A DNA stretch of 41,473 nt from an uncultured archaeon (GTDB lineage Archaea; Aenigmatarchaeota; Aenigmatarchaeia; CG10238-14; SCSR01), in the NCBI GenBank assembly GCA_964570195.1, contig CAZMWU010000002.1, positions 1 to 41,473 of the forward strand. The letters are read 5' to 3'. Positions 1 to 8,917 of this stretch are shown here, piece by piece. The position numbers and the translations under genes are program-made. Below the pieces are notes generated by a model that saw nothing but the letters and a program-made list of their open reading frames with translations, had not been told where the DNA came from and did no database searches. How positions within the stretch are numbered: position 1 is the stretch's first letter; every line of letters begins with the position of its first letter.

Positions 1-49
1 TCCTTTTCCATGTTTCATCATTTATAAAACAAAGTTTAAATCATATCTT

Positions 50-661
50 ATGCGATTGAACTGGACCCTGACGTTTTTCATAATTGCCGTAATAGTATTT
101 TTTCTGCAGTTTACAGGATTATTCGACTGGAGATTGTTTGCATTCACACCTGCGCTCGCATTGGAAATGCCATGGACATTCATAACGTCGATATTCATGC
201 ACGCCGACTTGGCCCACTTGTTCTTCAACATGTTCGCTTTGTTGATGTTCGGGCTTACACTTGAAAGCAAAATTGGACCTAGAAATTACTTGACAATATT
301 TTTTGTTTCGGGTATAATAGGCAGCATTGGATACTTGTTAACATCGAGTAATCCTTTGATTCCGGCAATTGGTATGAGTGGGTCTATCTACGGTATAATG
401 GGGACATTGGCGATGTTAATGCCGGGTACTATGGTGTTCATAGGCGGATTCTTTCCGATGCCAATGATATTCGCGGTATTCTTCTGGGGCATATCCGAAT
501 TCTTAGGGTTGTTTTATCCAAGCGGTATAGCTCGTGGCGCACATCTGGCAGGGCTTTTCATCGGAATTCTATATGGATTGTACATACGCAAGAAGGAGGA
601 AACGTATAGTCGCAGAAGACGGCGAGTTGAAATACACGGTTATGCTGACTGGGAGAGATAA
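50..661 (+). CDS. Rhomboid-family intramembrane serine protease
   Basis: 203-aa polytopic membrane protein. Has the GxSG catalytic-Ser motif (GMSGSIYG) and a downstream catalytic-His helix (AHLAGLFIG) typical of rhomboids. ATG start. Confidence 0.85.
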   Translation: MRLNWTLTFFIIAVIVFFLQFTGLFDWRLFAFTPALALEMPWTFITSIFMHADLAHLFFNMFALLMFGLTLESKIGPRNYLTIFFVSGIIGSIGYLLTSSNPLIPAIGMSGSIYGIMGTLAMLMPGTMVFIGGFFPMPMIFAVFFWGISEFLGLFYPSGIARGAHLAGLFIGILYGLYIRKKEETYSRRRRRVEIHGYADWER

Positions 662-685
662 ATTTCTTTACACACAATAACTTTT

Positions 686-1222
686 ATGCGAGCTATGATT
701 ATACCAGGAAATGGAAATGCAGATATATCCCAGTTTTGGTATCCTTATGTGAAAATGGAATTAGAGAAGCTGGGTGTTGAGGTTATAGCAAAAAATATGC
801 CCGATCCTGATTTAGCTCGCAAAGAATTTTGGCTTCCATTTATAGAAGAGCAGATACATGGTGATGAACAGACTATTTTGATTGGGCATTCTTCTGGTGC
901 AGTAGCTATTCTGAGATATTTGGAAACTCATAAAATAGAGGGCGCTGCAATAATCGGAGTATGCTATACTGATCTCGGTGACGAAAAGGAAAAGGTTAGT
1001 GGCTATTATGATGACCCATGGCAATGGGAAAAAATTAAACAAAACGCAAAATGGATTGTTGAGTTTGCAGCAATCAACGACCCTTATATACCGATAGATG
1101 AAGCACGTTATGTTAGAGACCACATAAATCCAGATTATCACGAATATATCGGCAGAGGTCATTTTATGACAAATGAGTTTTCCGAGCTGGTAGATGCAAT
1201 AAAAAGGAAGTTAACGTCATAA
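686..1222 (+). CDS. RBBP9/YdeN-like alpha/beta serine hydrolase
   Basis: GHSSG nucleophile elbow. Colinear blocks (PGNG, KNMPDP, WLPF, GHSSGA, LGDE, SGY, PWQWEKIK, GHF) match my memory of human RBBP9 and the Ser_hydrolase family. Confidence 0.75.
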   Translation: MRAMIIPGNGNADISQFWYPYVKMELEKLGVEVIAKNMPDPDLARKEFWLPFIEEQIHGDEQTILIGHSSGAVAILRYLETHKIEGAAIIGVCYTDLGDEKEKVSGYYDDPWQWEKIKQNAKWIVEFAAINDPYIPIDEARYVRDHINPDYHEYIGRGHFMTNEFSELVDAIKRKLTS

Positions 1223-1665
1223 AGCTTTTAAATACACAAACCAATTAATATTTAGTATCAATGTCATCCCATACCTTAGCATGCAATAATCTTGTATCAC
1301 TATTTACTAAGGTAACCTATCAATCAATTAAATGTTGATTGGGGATGATTCCTTTTCTCAATTATTTCGGATGACCCTTGCTTAACAATTCTGCATTCAT
1401 GATGAACTCCTTGAGATAGGATAGTAGACAATCCCCTTGGAGGTTTCCTTCAATCAAAATAATCCCCTTCTCTATCCCTCAAAATGGTAGTTATCGGTGA
1501 AATTATGGGTAATAAAACTTGGATCAGATTGGTATTGACAAAATACAGGAGTAGTAAGATCAGGAAATGATTAGTGATGCCTTCTTCGCTCTCTCTTTCT
1601 TCTTCGCATTCGTTGTTTCTTAGTTTTCTTTCTTCTACGCCTTTTTTCTCCAGCTGCCATAAATT

Positions 1666-1923
1666 CTATATCTTCTTCTCTCTTCTTAAGGGTTTTTCGT
1701 TATAGCTTGAAGCTAATACAGATCCAATTTGAGAAGCCACTCTCCTCATATTATGACGACCGTTTCCCATTACTAGTAAATCATCCGTATAGGGAACAAT
1801 ATGTACATGAAGATGAATATCATTTAAATATCTTTCCTGCCACTCCCCAAACTTTTCCAGATCTCGATTAGTACGAATGGGTACATAGACCTTATCATGT
1901 TCAAATTTAGCAAAATTTCCCAT
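1666..1923 (-). CDS. Small protein with a histidine-triad (HIT)-like motif; atypically short, possibly a truncated HIT domain
   Basis: The 85-aa ORF contains HLHVHIVP (the HxHxHxx pattern). Only about 36 residues precede the motif, far fewer than in canonical HIT proteins. Confidence 0.35.
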   Translation of the reverse strand: MGNFAKFEHDKVYVPIRTNRDLEKFGEWQERYLNDIHLHVHIVPYTDDLLVMGNGRHNMRRVASQIGSVLASSYNEKPLRREKKI

Positions 1924-1952
1924 GACCGACCTGAAAATAAATTAAATTTAAG

Positions 1953-2600
1953 CTATTTAAAAATAACTCCTGTTTCTTTCGACCACAACAATAAATCCAA
2001 TTCATCTAGCATAATTCCTAATCTATCAGCAAATTTTTTCATCCTAGCTTCTATTTCCAGATATCTCTTTTTAGTAAGTGATTTAGGTATCTCATCAATC
2101 ACGCCAAATTCTTTCAGGTTTTTCAAGATGTGGACATCAAGTATTGCCAATTGGTTTTTAGTTAGTCCAATATTTCTTATAAAATGTGACGTTTCTTTCA
2201 TTCCTAATCCTTTTACATTATCCAGTAGCCAGTCTCGCAACAAAACAGGATCATTTTTAGTTTCCGATAATTTATCTTTGATTGATATTCTACCATCTCC
2301 ACTAAACAGCTTTCTTGCCGCAACCAAATACTTGCTCTTATTATCAGCAAATCTTACAGCTTGGAGAAATGGTCTTACTTGTTCCACTGTACCGTTCAAA
2401 AGGAGATTCTTTCTTTCCAGAGATTGGATGGCATTCCATGCTGTAGTTGCTTTCGACTGTGGCGTCATCAGACAGAATGCAAGTTCACCGAACACTTTCT
2501 CATCAGACTGATTTAATACATCCTTGAATTCGCTTAGCCTTTTTCTGATTTCACCTTTCTTAACTTCATAACCTTTCAAAATATCATCCACGGGGTTCAT
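1953..2600 (-). CDS. ogg: Archaeal Ogg2-type 8-oxoguanine DNA glycosylase / DNA lyase (HhH-GPD fold)
   Basis: FCLMTPQSKA, RF..NKSKY, a helix-hairpin-helix GLGMKETSHFIRNIGL and the AILDVHIL Asp motif. The layout matches archaeal N-glycosylase/DNA lyase. Confidence 0.8.
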   Translation of the reverse strand: MNPVDDILKGYEVKKGEIRKRLSEFKDVLNQSDEKVFGELAFCLMTPQSKATTAWNAIQSLERKNLLLNGTVEQVRPFLQAVRFADNKSKYLVAARKLFSGDGRISIKDKLSETKNDPVLLRDWLLDNVKGLGMKETSHFIRNIGLTKNQLAILDVHILKNLKEFGVIDEIPKSLTKKRYLEIEARMKKFADRLGIMLDELDLLLWSKETGVIFK

Positions 2601-2604
2601 GCAA

Positions 2605-3090
2605 TCATCTTGTGAGATTATTTATAAATTTCCATATGGATCTTCTGAATTCTATAAATCTTCTGCTAAATCTGAATACAAATATAAACAGCGAACCACC
2701 TATTAGTTCGGTTACTATGACAAATTTTGTGAATGTTATCTCAATCTGCTTACACGTGTCGAAGAACGCGTAATCTTTCAACGGGTAAAGAAACGGCACA
2801 TTGTCATGCATGTCCTGCAGCAAATGCAAAAATGCCCCTAATGCAACAGCCAAAGCCAGTTTTTTGTTTCTTGTTATCGCATAAGTGACAACTCCAGCTA
2901 CAGGAAAGAAAAATATGGAATGCGCTATAAATCTCGAGCATGGAGCATGTCCCAAAATAAATAACCCCTTGTCAATGATATCAGGCAACAAAACGCCTAT
3001 TATGCCGCCCAAAGCCGATAAATAAATCATAGAAGAAACGAATGCGGTAATTCCAATGTGACCTAAAAACAGCATACAGTTCTCCTTCAA
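2605..3090 (-). CDS. Membrane-bound metal-dependent hydrolase-like protein (DUF457/YdjM-like)
   Basis: Polytopic membrane protein with N-terminal LGHIGIT and LLPDIIDK motifs. The real start may be the MLFLGH Met at 3075. Confidence 0.5.
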   Translation of the reverse strand: MKENCMLFLGHIGITAFVSSMIYLSALGGIIGVLLPDIIDKGLFILGHAPCSRFIAHSIFFFPVAGVVTYAITRNKKLALAVALGAFLHLLQDMHDNVPFLYPLKDYAFFDTCKQIEITFTKFVIVTELIGGSLFIFVFRFSRRFIEFRRSIWKFINNLTR

Positions 3091-3114
3091 GATTCACGAT
3101 TGGAAATTAAAAGC

Positions 3115-3660
3115 TTATCTGTTCTTGATGAAAGTCAAAATTTTATTGACTGTCTGGGTTATTGTCAGGTCAGAGCTATCTACAACCAAGTCGGCATCTT
3201 TTTCCTGTTCGAAATAGTCGAAACCATACAATCTCTTGAATTCACGTCTTTCAATTTCTTCACGTCTTTCAATTTCTTCCCTAGCTTGGCCAACTGATAT
3301 GTTATCACGTTGGGCAGACCGTTGCGCCCTAATTTCCAAAGGTACATCAAGCCATATTTTTTTGTCGCTCATGTTCTTCAAAAAATGTATGCTGAGTTTG
3401 CCATTAATAACCACATTGCCTTTTTTCGCTTCCTCTATTTGAGGCCTATCCAAAATTTTTTCATGAAATTCTTTTGTTGTGCCATACTTCTTTCTCCATA
3501 CCTGCAATGATGATTCGCCTTCTTTTCTCGAACTGCCAAAACTTTTCTGGATTTTGCCGACAGAAAAATATCTTAATTTCAGTTTTTTCGCCAGCGTTTT
3601 AGCAATAGTAGAACTCCCAGCCCCAGGAGGACCAGAAACTACAATGACATTTTTCACCAT
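3115..3660 (-). CDS. cmk: Archaeal-type cytidylate (CMP) kinase
   Basis: P-loop VVSGPPGAGSSTIAK at the N-terminus. About 180 aa, with a small NMP-kinase layout. Sits next to rps10. Confidence 0.65.
   Translation of the reverse strand: MVKNVIVVSGPPGAGSSTIAKTLAKKLKLRYFSVGKIQKSFGSSRKEGESSLQVWRKKYGTTKEFHEKILDRPQIEEAKKGNVVINGKLSIHFLKNMSDKKIWLDVPLEIRAQRSAQRDNISVGQAREEIERREEIERREFKRLYGFDYFEQEKDADLVVDSSDLTITQTVNKILTFIKNR
3241..3276. repeat. Perfect 18-bp tandem duplication inside cmk
   Basis: ttcacgtctttcaatttc occurs twice back to back. In-frame, it encodes the duplicated EEIERR/EEIERR hexapeptide. Confidence 0.9.
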
Positions 3661-3690
3661 GAAATTTATTGCACGATATAAAAGATAACA

Positions 3691-4011
3691 TTATCCAAGT
3701 AGCTTGATTTCAATCCTGATATCTGTCGGGATGTTCACTCGCATTATTTGCCTAAGCGCCCTGTCGTCGGCTTGGACATCCAGTACCCTCTTATGGATAC
3801 GCATTTCCCATTTTTCCCAAGTCGCGTTTCCGTGACCAGTTCCGTCCCCAGAAGGTGTCTTCAAAGTTGTAATCTTCATTTTCTTTGTCGGCAATGGTAT
3901 GGGACCATGATAATCTATTCCAAATTTCTTGGCAATCTCTCTAATCTCATTTGATACGCCGTCCAATTCCTCCGGATTCTTCCCGCTCAGTTTTATTCTC
4001 GCTATTTGCAT
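3691..4011 (-). CDS. rps10: 30S ribosomal protein S10 (uS10)
   Basis: 106 aa. ARIKL.G....LD, GPIPLPTK and the HKR..D signature are typical of uS10. Confidence 0.95.
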   Translation of the reverse strand: MQIARIKLSGKNPEELDGVSNEIREIAKKFGIDYHGPIPLPTKKMKITTLKTPSGDGTGHGNATWEKWEMRIHKRVLDVQADDRALRQIMRVNIPTDIRIEIKLLG

Positions 4012-4154
4012 ACTCTCTTAATTAGATGATTACTTTAAAAAGGTTTACTGAGGAAAGAACTAGTTACTTAGCTTTGACCACATAGAGCAATTCAGATGTT
4101 TAAAAGTTGTCTAACCTTTTGACACTTAATATCAATCCAAAGGAGTTAGATAAC

Positions 4155-5420
4155 ATGGTTAGCGAGTATCAGATAAAGAAGTTAGAAACTGATTTGAGGA
4201 AGCTTCAAAACACTACCAAAATAAATCAGTTACAGAAGGATAAGATATTCAAATTCTTAGATTTGATTAATGCTCAAGGCAGGTCTCCAGCTACAAAAAG
4301 GAATATTATCTGGGCACTAATGACAACAGGAGAGATGTTAGGGAAGCCATTCGAGGAGGCTACATACGATGACATTGTTCGTATTGTTGGAGATGTAGAA
4401 AAGAGATATCAGAGTGGTAAAACTAAGAAAATGCTGAAAGCTGAAATAAGAAGATTTTACAAATGGCTGAGGCAGACATCTGATTTTCCACCAGAAGTAT
4501 CGTGGATAAAGTTGGATTACAAGGTTGACACAGAAAGTAAGATAGCCCCAGAGGATATGCTTGCAGACAGTGAGGTAGACGCTTTAGCGAATGTTACCCT
4601 GAACTCTAGAGACAGAGCTCTAGTTTATATGTTGGCTGAAAGCGGTTGCAGGATAGGAGAACTACTTGCTCTGAAAATCAAGAACATAAAATTCGATAAC
4701 AAAGGTGTTCTATTACATATTCCAGAAGGTAAGACAGGAAGACGTCAGGTAAGACTTGGAAACCACACTAAAGAACTTTTGAAGTGGTTAGATGAGCATC
4801 CCTCTAAAGAAGACCCAGAAGGACCAGTATGGGTTTCTTTGAGTAACAACTCGAAAAACAAGTGCTTGACTTATGTTGGTGTTGAAATTCTTTTGAAAAG
4901 ATTAGCTGTAAAATGCGGTTTAGGTAAGTGGATAGGTGGGAATGGTGGATTAGGTAGCAAACCACGTGGTCGATATGTAGGAAGACCAGTAAATCCTCAT
5001 AATTTTCGGCATAAAAAGGCGACAATGCTATTAATCCATAAAGGCATTCCAGAAGCTATAGTGAAAAGGTATATGGGATGGTCTAATCATTCAAGGATGG
5101 TAGAAATTTACACTCATTTTAATGACCAAGATGTAGACAATGCAATTCTCGAGTCCAATGAAATTGATGCAAAAAACGTAGAGAAAATGATTCCAGTAGA
5201 CTCTAGAATATGTGCCAACTGTGGGGAGGTCAACACAATACTCTCGCATTTCTGCAAAAAGTGTAATAACTTATTGGACTTGTCCGTAGCATGGAAAGAG
5301 AAGGATATAGCTGTAGCAAAAATTTTGGAAGAATTGAAGAATGATGAGTGGTTTAGAGAAAAGGTAAAGGAAATAATTAGCAAGTTGAATTTGGAAAAGG
5401 AATTTATTGAACTTGATTGA
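4155..5420 (+). CDS. Tyrosine recombinase / integrase with a C-terminal zinc-ribbon extension
   Basis: Catalytic-residue pattern R (ESGCRIGELLALK), HxxR (HNFRHKKAT) and Y (VEIYTHF). CxxC...CxxC (CANCG...CKKCN) follows the catalytic Tyr. ATG at 4155 is preceded by GGAG; the ORF track's TTG at 4107 is an alternative start. Confidence 0.85.
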   Translation: MVSEYQIKKLETDLRKLQNTTKINQLQKDKIFKFLDLINAQGRSPATKRNIIWALMTTGEMLGKPFEEATYDDIVRIVGDVEKRYQSGKTKKMLKAEIRRFYKWLRQTSDFPPEVSWIKLDYKVDTESKIAPEDMLADSEVDALANVTLNSRDRALVYMLAESGCRIGELLALKIKNIKFDNKGVLLHIPEGKTGRRQVRLGNHTKELLKWLDEHPSKEDPEGPVWVSLSNNSKNKCLTYVGVEILLKRLAVKCGLGKWIGGNGGLGSKPRGRYVGRPVNPHNFRHKKATMLLIHKGIPEAIVKRYMGWSNHSRMVEIYTHFNDQDVDNAILESNEIDAKNVEKMIPVDSRICANCGEVNTILSHFCKKCNNLLDLSVAWKEKDIAVAKILEELKNDEWFREKVKEIISKLNLEKEFIELD

Positions 5421-5589
5421 CAATAGTTATTATAGCTTTTTCTGGTATATCCCATCCTCTTTCAATTTCCAATCTTTCTAAGTGGTCCAACACAATTCGC
5501 TTTTCAAAGTTAGTAAAAATTCCAAGATGTTCCATAATAGTGAAATACTTGTTAGATATGGTTCTTATTCTCTCTATGTCAAATATCAT
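5404..5589 (-). CDS. Hypothetical small protein (61 aa), convergent with the integrase
   Basis: Open frame only, with no recognisable motif. Overlaps the integrase 3' end by 17 nt. Confidence 0.25.
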   Translation of the reverse strand: MIFDIERIRTISNKYFTIMEHLGIFTNFEKRIVLDHLERLEIERGWDIPEKAIITIVNQVQ

Positions 5590-5770
5590 ATTATATCCTT
5601 ATCTAATAACTGTTAGGGCACGGTTTAAAAGCTTTCGGTTTTCTTATTTCAAGAAAGCATTTAGACAATTTGTGAAGGAGAGAAATTACCAGACCTTATT
5701 CGTCACCGAAAGTTGAGAGAACTTGTGATTAAGCTTTTATATGAGGTAAATTTAGTCTTATTTAGATGAA

Positions 5771-8062
5771 ATGTTAAAAATCTTGGGTGTGCCTTCGATT
5801 GCAATTGTTTTATTCTTATTTTTATCCTCTTTAGCAATTGCACAAGGTCAGGGGTTTACAGTAACATCTGTTTCTACTTCATCAGTTGTAACAAAAAATA
5901 CCGACCCTATCCAAGTCTATTGGATAGTTAATACACAGTTGACTGGTGGCGGTCAAGCTATAACAGGAACTATTTCTCCAGAAACAGTCAAAAGTTTTAT
6001 GGGTAATAAATTATATACGAACAAATCTCTTCTCATCGAAGCCAGTACTGTAGACGAACAAATATTTTATGAAATTCAAAATGAAGGTATAGGAATTTAC
6101 AAATATAAGGGTCAAACATTCACAGACGCCCCTAACTTCTTAGGTGTTACAACAGGAAACCCTTCACCATGTCCTACTGGAGCTAATTGGGATATACTTT
6201 TAGGCAGAACCCTTTTCAGCTACGGGACAAAAAGGTACTGTATAACTAAAGAACAGGTTGGAATAAAAGGCGTTTACAATAATCCAACTATTGGTTTCAA
6301 TGCAAAAATTAAACTATCTGTTGGTACAGACACGAAAGAGAAAACTATCTGTTCTGGTTCAGTAAGCGGTTGTGACGGCAGTTCAGTTAGCTTTGATAGT
6401 GTCGCTGTAGCTACTTGGAGCGGTTCTTTAGTTACTGGGGACCCAGCACCAAACCAAGATAATTTCGTTGCTATAAAAAGAAACGATATTGGCAAATGGC
6501 AAATAGCAAGAAAATCAACTTATGAAGCTTACTTTCCAAAAGTAGACGTTACTGACCAGAAACTCAATACAGCCAAAACTACTTACGAGAGAAGTTCCGA
6601 TGTAACAAAAGCCGATAAAGAAATAATAGATGCAGTAACACCAGTTAATAATGCTACCGCTACACTCTTGGGTGAAGATACGTCATTTACGTCAACACCG
6701 TTTACAAAGGACGATAATACAGGAAAGGTTACTTTAACACTGAAAAGAAGTCTGACTTCACCTAATATTGTACTCAAAGTAAGAGCTGACTGGATAGGTC
6801 TTGTAATTCCTTCAGGTCAACCTAAGATACTTGGTGTGCAAGCTGAGAAATTTGCCAGCGGTGAGCCTGGAACCATCAGCATCCAAATAGAGAACGTGGG
6901 GGAGGTTGGTGGTACATTTTCTGCAATGTTAGTAAATTGCGACCCATTTGTACAAACAACAACTACTCAAAGTGCGAGAAAAACCTTACAAGCTGGAGAG
7001 GTTGATAGCATAACAATTTCTGTGAGTGGAGGGGATGAAGCACAAACTCTTACAAAATCATGTTCTGTAAAAGTTTATGATGTTAATGAGCCTTCTCAAG
7101 AAGATTTGTATCCACTAACTTTAGAATTGACAACTCCAAAGCTATGTGTTCCAAACAAAGTCATCGCCGATGGCAATATCATCAAAAAATGCAATCAGTT
7201 TGGAACAGGTATAGAAATTGTAAAGACATGCAAGAAAGGTGTAGTATCTGACGGTAAGGGTGGATATATATGCTCAGAAGAGACTTCTAAATACGAGTGT
7301 ATTTCAGATGCACAATGTGGAGAGTTTGCTTACTGTAATTTGGATATTCATGCATGCGTACAAAAGAGTTCTTGTTTGAAAATAATTGATAATGGAGATT
7401 CGAGTTCAAAAATAGATGTCTCGTTTGTTGGAGATGGTTATTCTGATAACCAAGTATTAAAGGACGATGTTGCTAAGCTTGTGGATTATGATGGGAATAA
7501 CGGTTATAATGGCATGATGTCTGTTGAACCATTCAAATCAAACAAAAACAAATTTAACGTTTGGATAATAAAAGGTGGGAATATACCAGCTGATAGTTCT
7601 AACACTGTACTTGGAAATATTCCAGATATTGAAAAGTCTTTAGAAATTTCAGCAGAATGTACATCGGCAGATTACCAAGTTATATTATCTAAGAAAGATT
7701 TCCGTTCTTTTGCATTCTTTTCAGGTGAGGCGTTTGTATCAGTTGAAAATAAAATTGATACTGACGAAGGCAGACTTTTATTACATGAATTTGGACACTC
7801 ATTTGGAAAGTTGGCCGACGAATATGTCGAACCGCAATTGGGCGATAGAGCAACATACCCTAATTGTGCTCCAGACACTTCTACTGCTCAAAAATGGTGG
7901 GGAAGCGTTTCGAATACAGGGATTTTTTCTGGTTGTAGTTATGTTGAAAATAATATAAGACCAACTTTCAACTCGATTATGAGAGATTATTGGATACTAA
8001 AAGATGATTATGGAGAGGTAAATAAATTGGCACTTTTACAAATATTAAATAAATACAGGTGA
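5771..8062 (+). CDS. Secreted multidomain protein with a C-terminal M64 (IgA-peptidase-like) zinc metallopeptidase domain
   Basis: N-terminal signal peptide (LFLFLSSLAIAQG). A CARDB-like beta-sandwich stretch and a Cys-rich linker follow. The C-terminal part has DVSFVGDGYS, PF.SN.NKFNVW and HEFGHSFGKLADEY (nt ~7784-7825), as in peptidase family M64. Confidence 0.7.
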   Translation: MLKILGVPSIAIVLFLFLSSLAIAQGQGFTVTSVSTSSVVTKNTDPIQVYWIVNTQLTGGGQAITGTISPETVKSFMGNKLYTNKSLLIEASTVDEQIFYEIQNEGIGIYKYKGQTFTDAPNFLGVTTGNPSPCPTGANWDILLGRTLFSYGTKRYCITKEQVGIKGVYNNPTIGFNAKIKLSVGTDTKEKTICSGSVSGCDGSSVSFDSVAVATWSGSLVTGDPAPNQDNFVAIKRNDIGKWQIARKSTYEAYFPKVDVTDQKLNTAKTTYERSSDVTKADKEIIDAVTPVNNATATLLGEDTSFTSTPFTKDDNTGKVTLTLKRSLTSPNIVLKVRADWIGLVIPSGQPKILGVQAEKFASGEPGTISIQIENVGEVGGTFSAMLVNCDPFVQTTTTQSARKTLQAGEVDSITISVSGGDEAQTLTKSCSVKVYDVNEPSQEDLYPLTLELTTPKLCVPNKVIADGNIIKKCNQFGTGIEIVKTCKKGVVSDGKGGYICSEETSKYECISDAQCGEFAYCNLDIHACVQKSSCLKIIDNGDSSSKIDVSFVGDGYSDNQVLKDDVAKLVDYDGNNGYNGMMSVEPFKSNKNKFNVWIIKGGNIPADSSNTVLGNIPDIEKSLEISAECTSADYQVILSKKDFRSFAFFSGEAFVSVENKIDTDEGRLLLHEFGHSFGKLADEYVEPQLGDRATYPNCAPDTSTAQKWWGSVSNTGIFSGCSYVENNIRPTFNSIMRDYWILKDDYGEVNKLALLQILNKYR

Positions 8063-8066
8063 ACTA

Positions 8067-8648
8067 ATGAAAAAATCGCTAGCCACAATCATTTTAATAA
8101 TTCTAATGCTTTCATTAACAACTTTTGCTCAAAGTAATTTAGTTTACTCTTTAACTTTAAAATACGACGGTACTACTTTAACTAACGAGGGTCTAAGATT
8201 AATAGAAGGTACTGCTCCAGATAGAATAAATCAACCCGAAAACGGATTCACTTTGAAAGTCACTTCTTTCGATAACGAAGTCCTTCATTCATTCAAATTT
8301 TTGATAGAAACAACACCTATTAGAGCCCCACCAAAGGATATTTTTAGTGAAAATGGTACTCAAATAAAAATTCCTACAGGAGAATCAACTCAAATTACTA
8401 AATCTGTAGTTTTAGTAGTTCCGTATTTCTCAAATGCAATATCTGTTGATATATTGGATTCAAATGACAAACTGATATTATCAGTTGACGTTTCAAAATA
8501 TTCGAAAGTACCAGCTGGATTATCTAGTCTGACAATCTTCATAATACTAGGTATTGGTATAGTAGCGTTCATCGTAGTTTCATTCTTTTATGTTAAGAAA
8601 CGAGAACATAAAGTGAGTATAACTAAACACCATAAGAGAAGTAAGTGA
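8067..8648 (+). CDS. Secreted protein with a C-terminal transmembrane anchor and basic tail
   Basis: Signal peptide (ILIILMLSLTTFAQS). C-terminal hydrophobic helix followed by KKREHK...HHKRSK. Starts 4 nt after the upstream stop. Confidence 0.55.
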   Translation: MKKSLATIILIILMLSLTTFAQSNLVYSLTLKYDGTTLTNEGLRLIEGTAPDRINQPENGFTLKVTSFDNEVLHSFKFLIETTPIRAPPKDIFSENGTQIKIPTGESTQITKSVVLVVPYFSNAISVDILDSNDKLILSVDVSKYSKVPAGLSSLTIFIILGIGIVAFIVVSFFYVKKREHKVSITKHHKRSK

Positions 8649-8652
8649 GTAT

Positions 8653-8913
8653 ATGAAAAATGATATTAGAGATATAACTATTTTAATTATCACACTACTT
8701 TTTATTGCTCCGAATATTTTTGCACAATCTCAAGCAGATGTTGAGGTAACAGCATTGCCTTTAGAAGTTACATCACCTATTGAAACAAGTCAGTCATCTG
8801 ATACATCATCGCTTATAGCATATGTAGTTGTTATTGGCGTTCCTATTTTAGGAATAGGTTTACTTTATTTTGGTATAAAAGGTTTATTAAAAAGCCGTAA
8901 TAAAAAAAGATGA
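8653..8913 (+). CDS. Small secreted protein with a C-terminal transmembrane anchor
   Basis: 86 aa. Signal peptide (LLFIAPNIFAQS), a Ser/Thr-rich middle, a C-terminal TM helix and a KSRNKKR tail. 4-nt gap from the upstream gene. Confidence 0.5.
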   Translation: MKNDIRDITILIITLLFIAPNIFAQSQADVEVTALPLEVTSPIETSQSSDTSSLIAYVVVIGVPILGIGLLYFGIKGLLKSRNKKR

Positions 8914-8917
8914 AAGT

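Noticed and set aside
1395-1450. A possible C/D-box sRNA, because atgatga (C-box-like) occurs at about 1398.
   Set aside because: There is no CTGA D box at a suitable distance, and no terminal stem or C'/D' pair.
1571-1660. A 29-aa extremely Arg/Lys-rich ORF (MAAGEKRRRRKKTKKQRMRRRKRERRRHH) lies 5 nt downstream of the HIT-motif ORF on the minus strand.
   Set aside because: It is very short and is a by-product of translating a GA-rich low-complexity tract. My first hand translation suggested 70 aa, but re-reading showed an early TAA. Nothing supports coding.
4055-4072. Possible att-like similarity between agaactagttacttagc (left flank of the island) and gaaactaactaagaaa (15347-15362, right flank).
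   Set aside because: Only a loose A/T-rich resemblance with several mismatches and an indel. It is indistinguishable from chance by eye in this composition.
4107-4154. The TTG start at 4107 given by the ORF track for the integrase.
   Set aside because: The in-frame ATG at 4155 is preceded by aggag at a suitable distance, and the extra 16 residues add nothing recognisable. It is kept only as an alternative.
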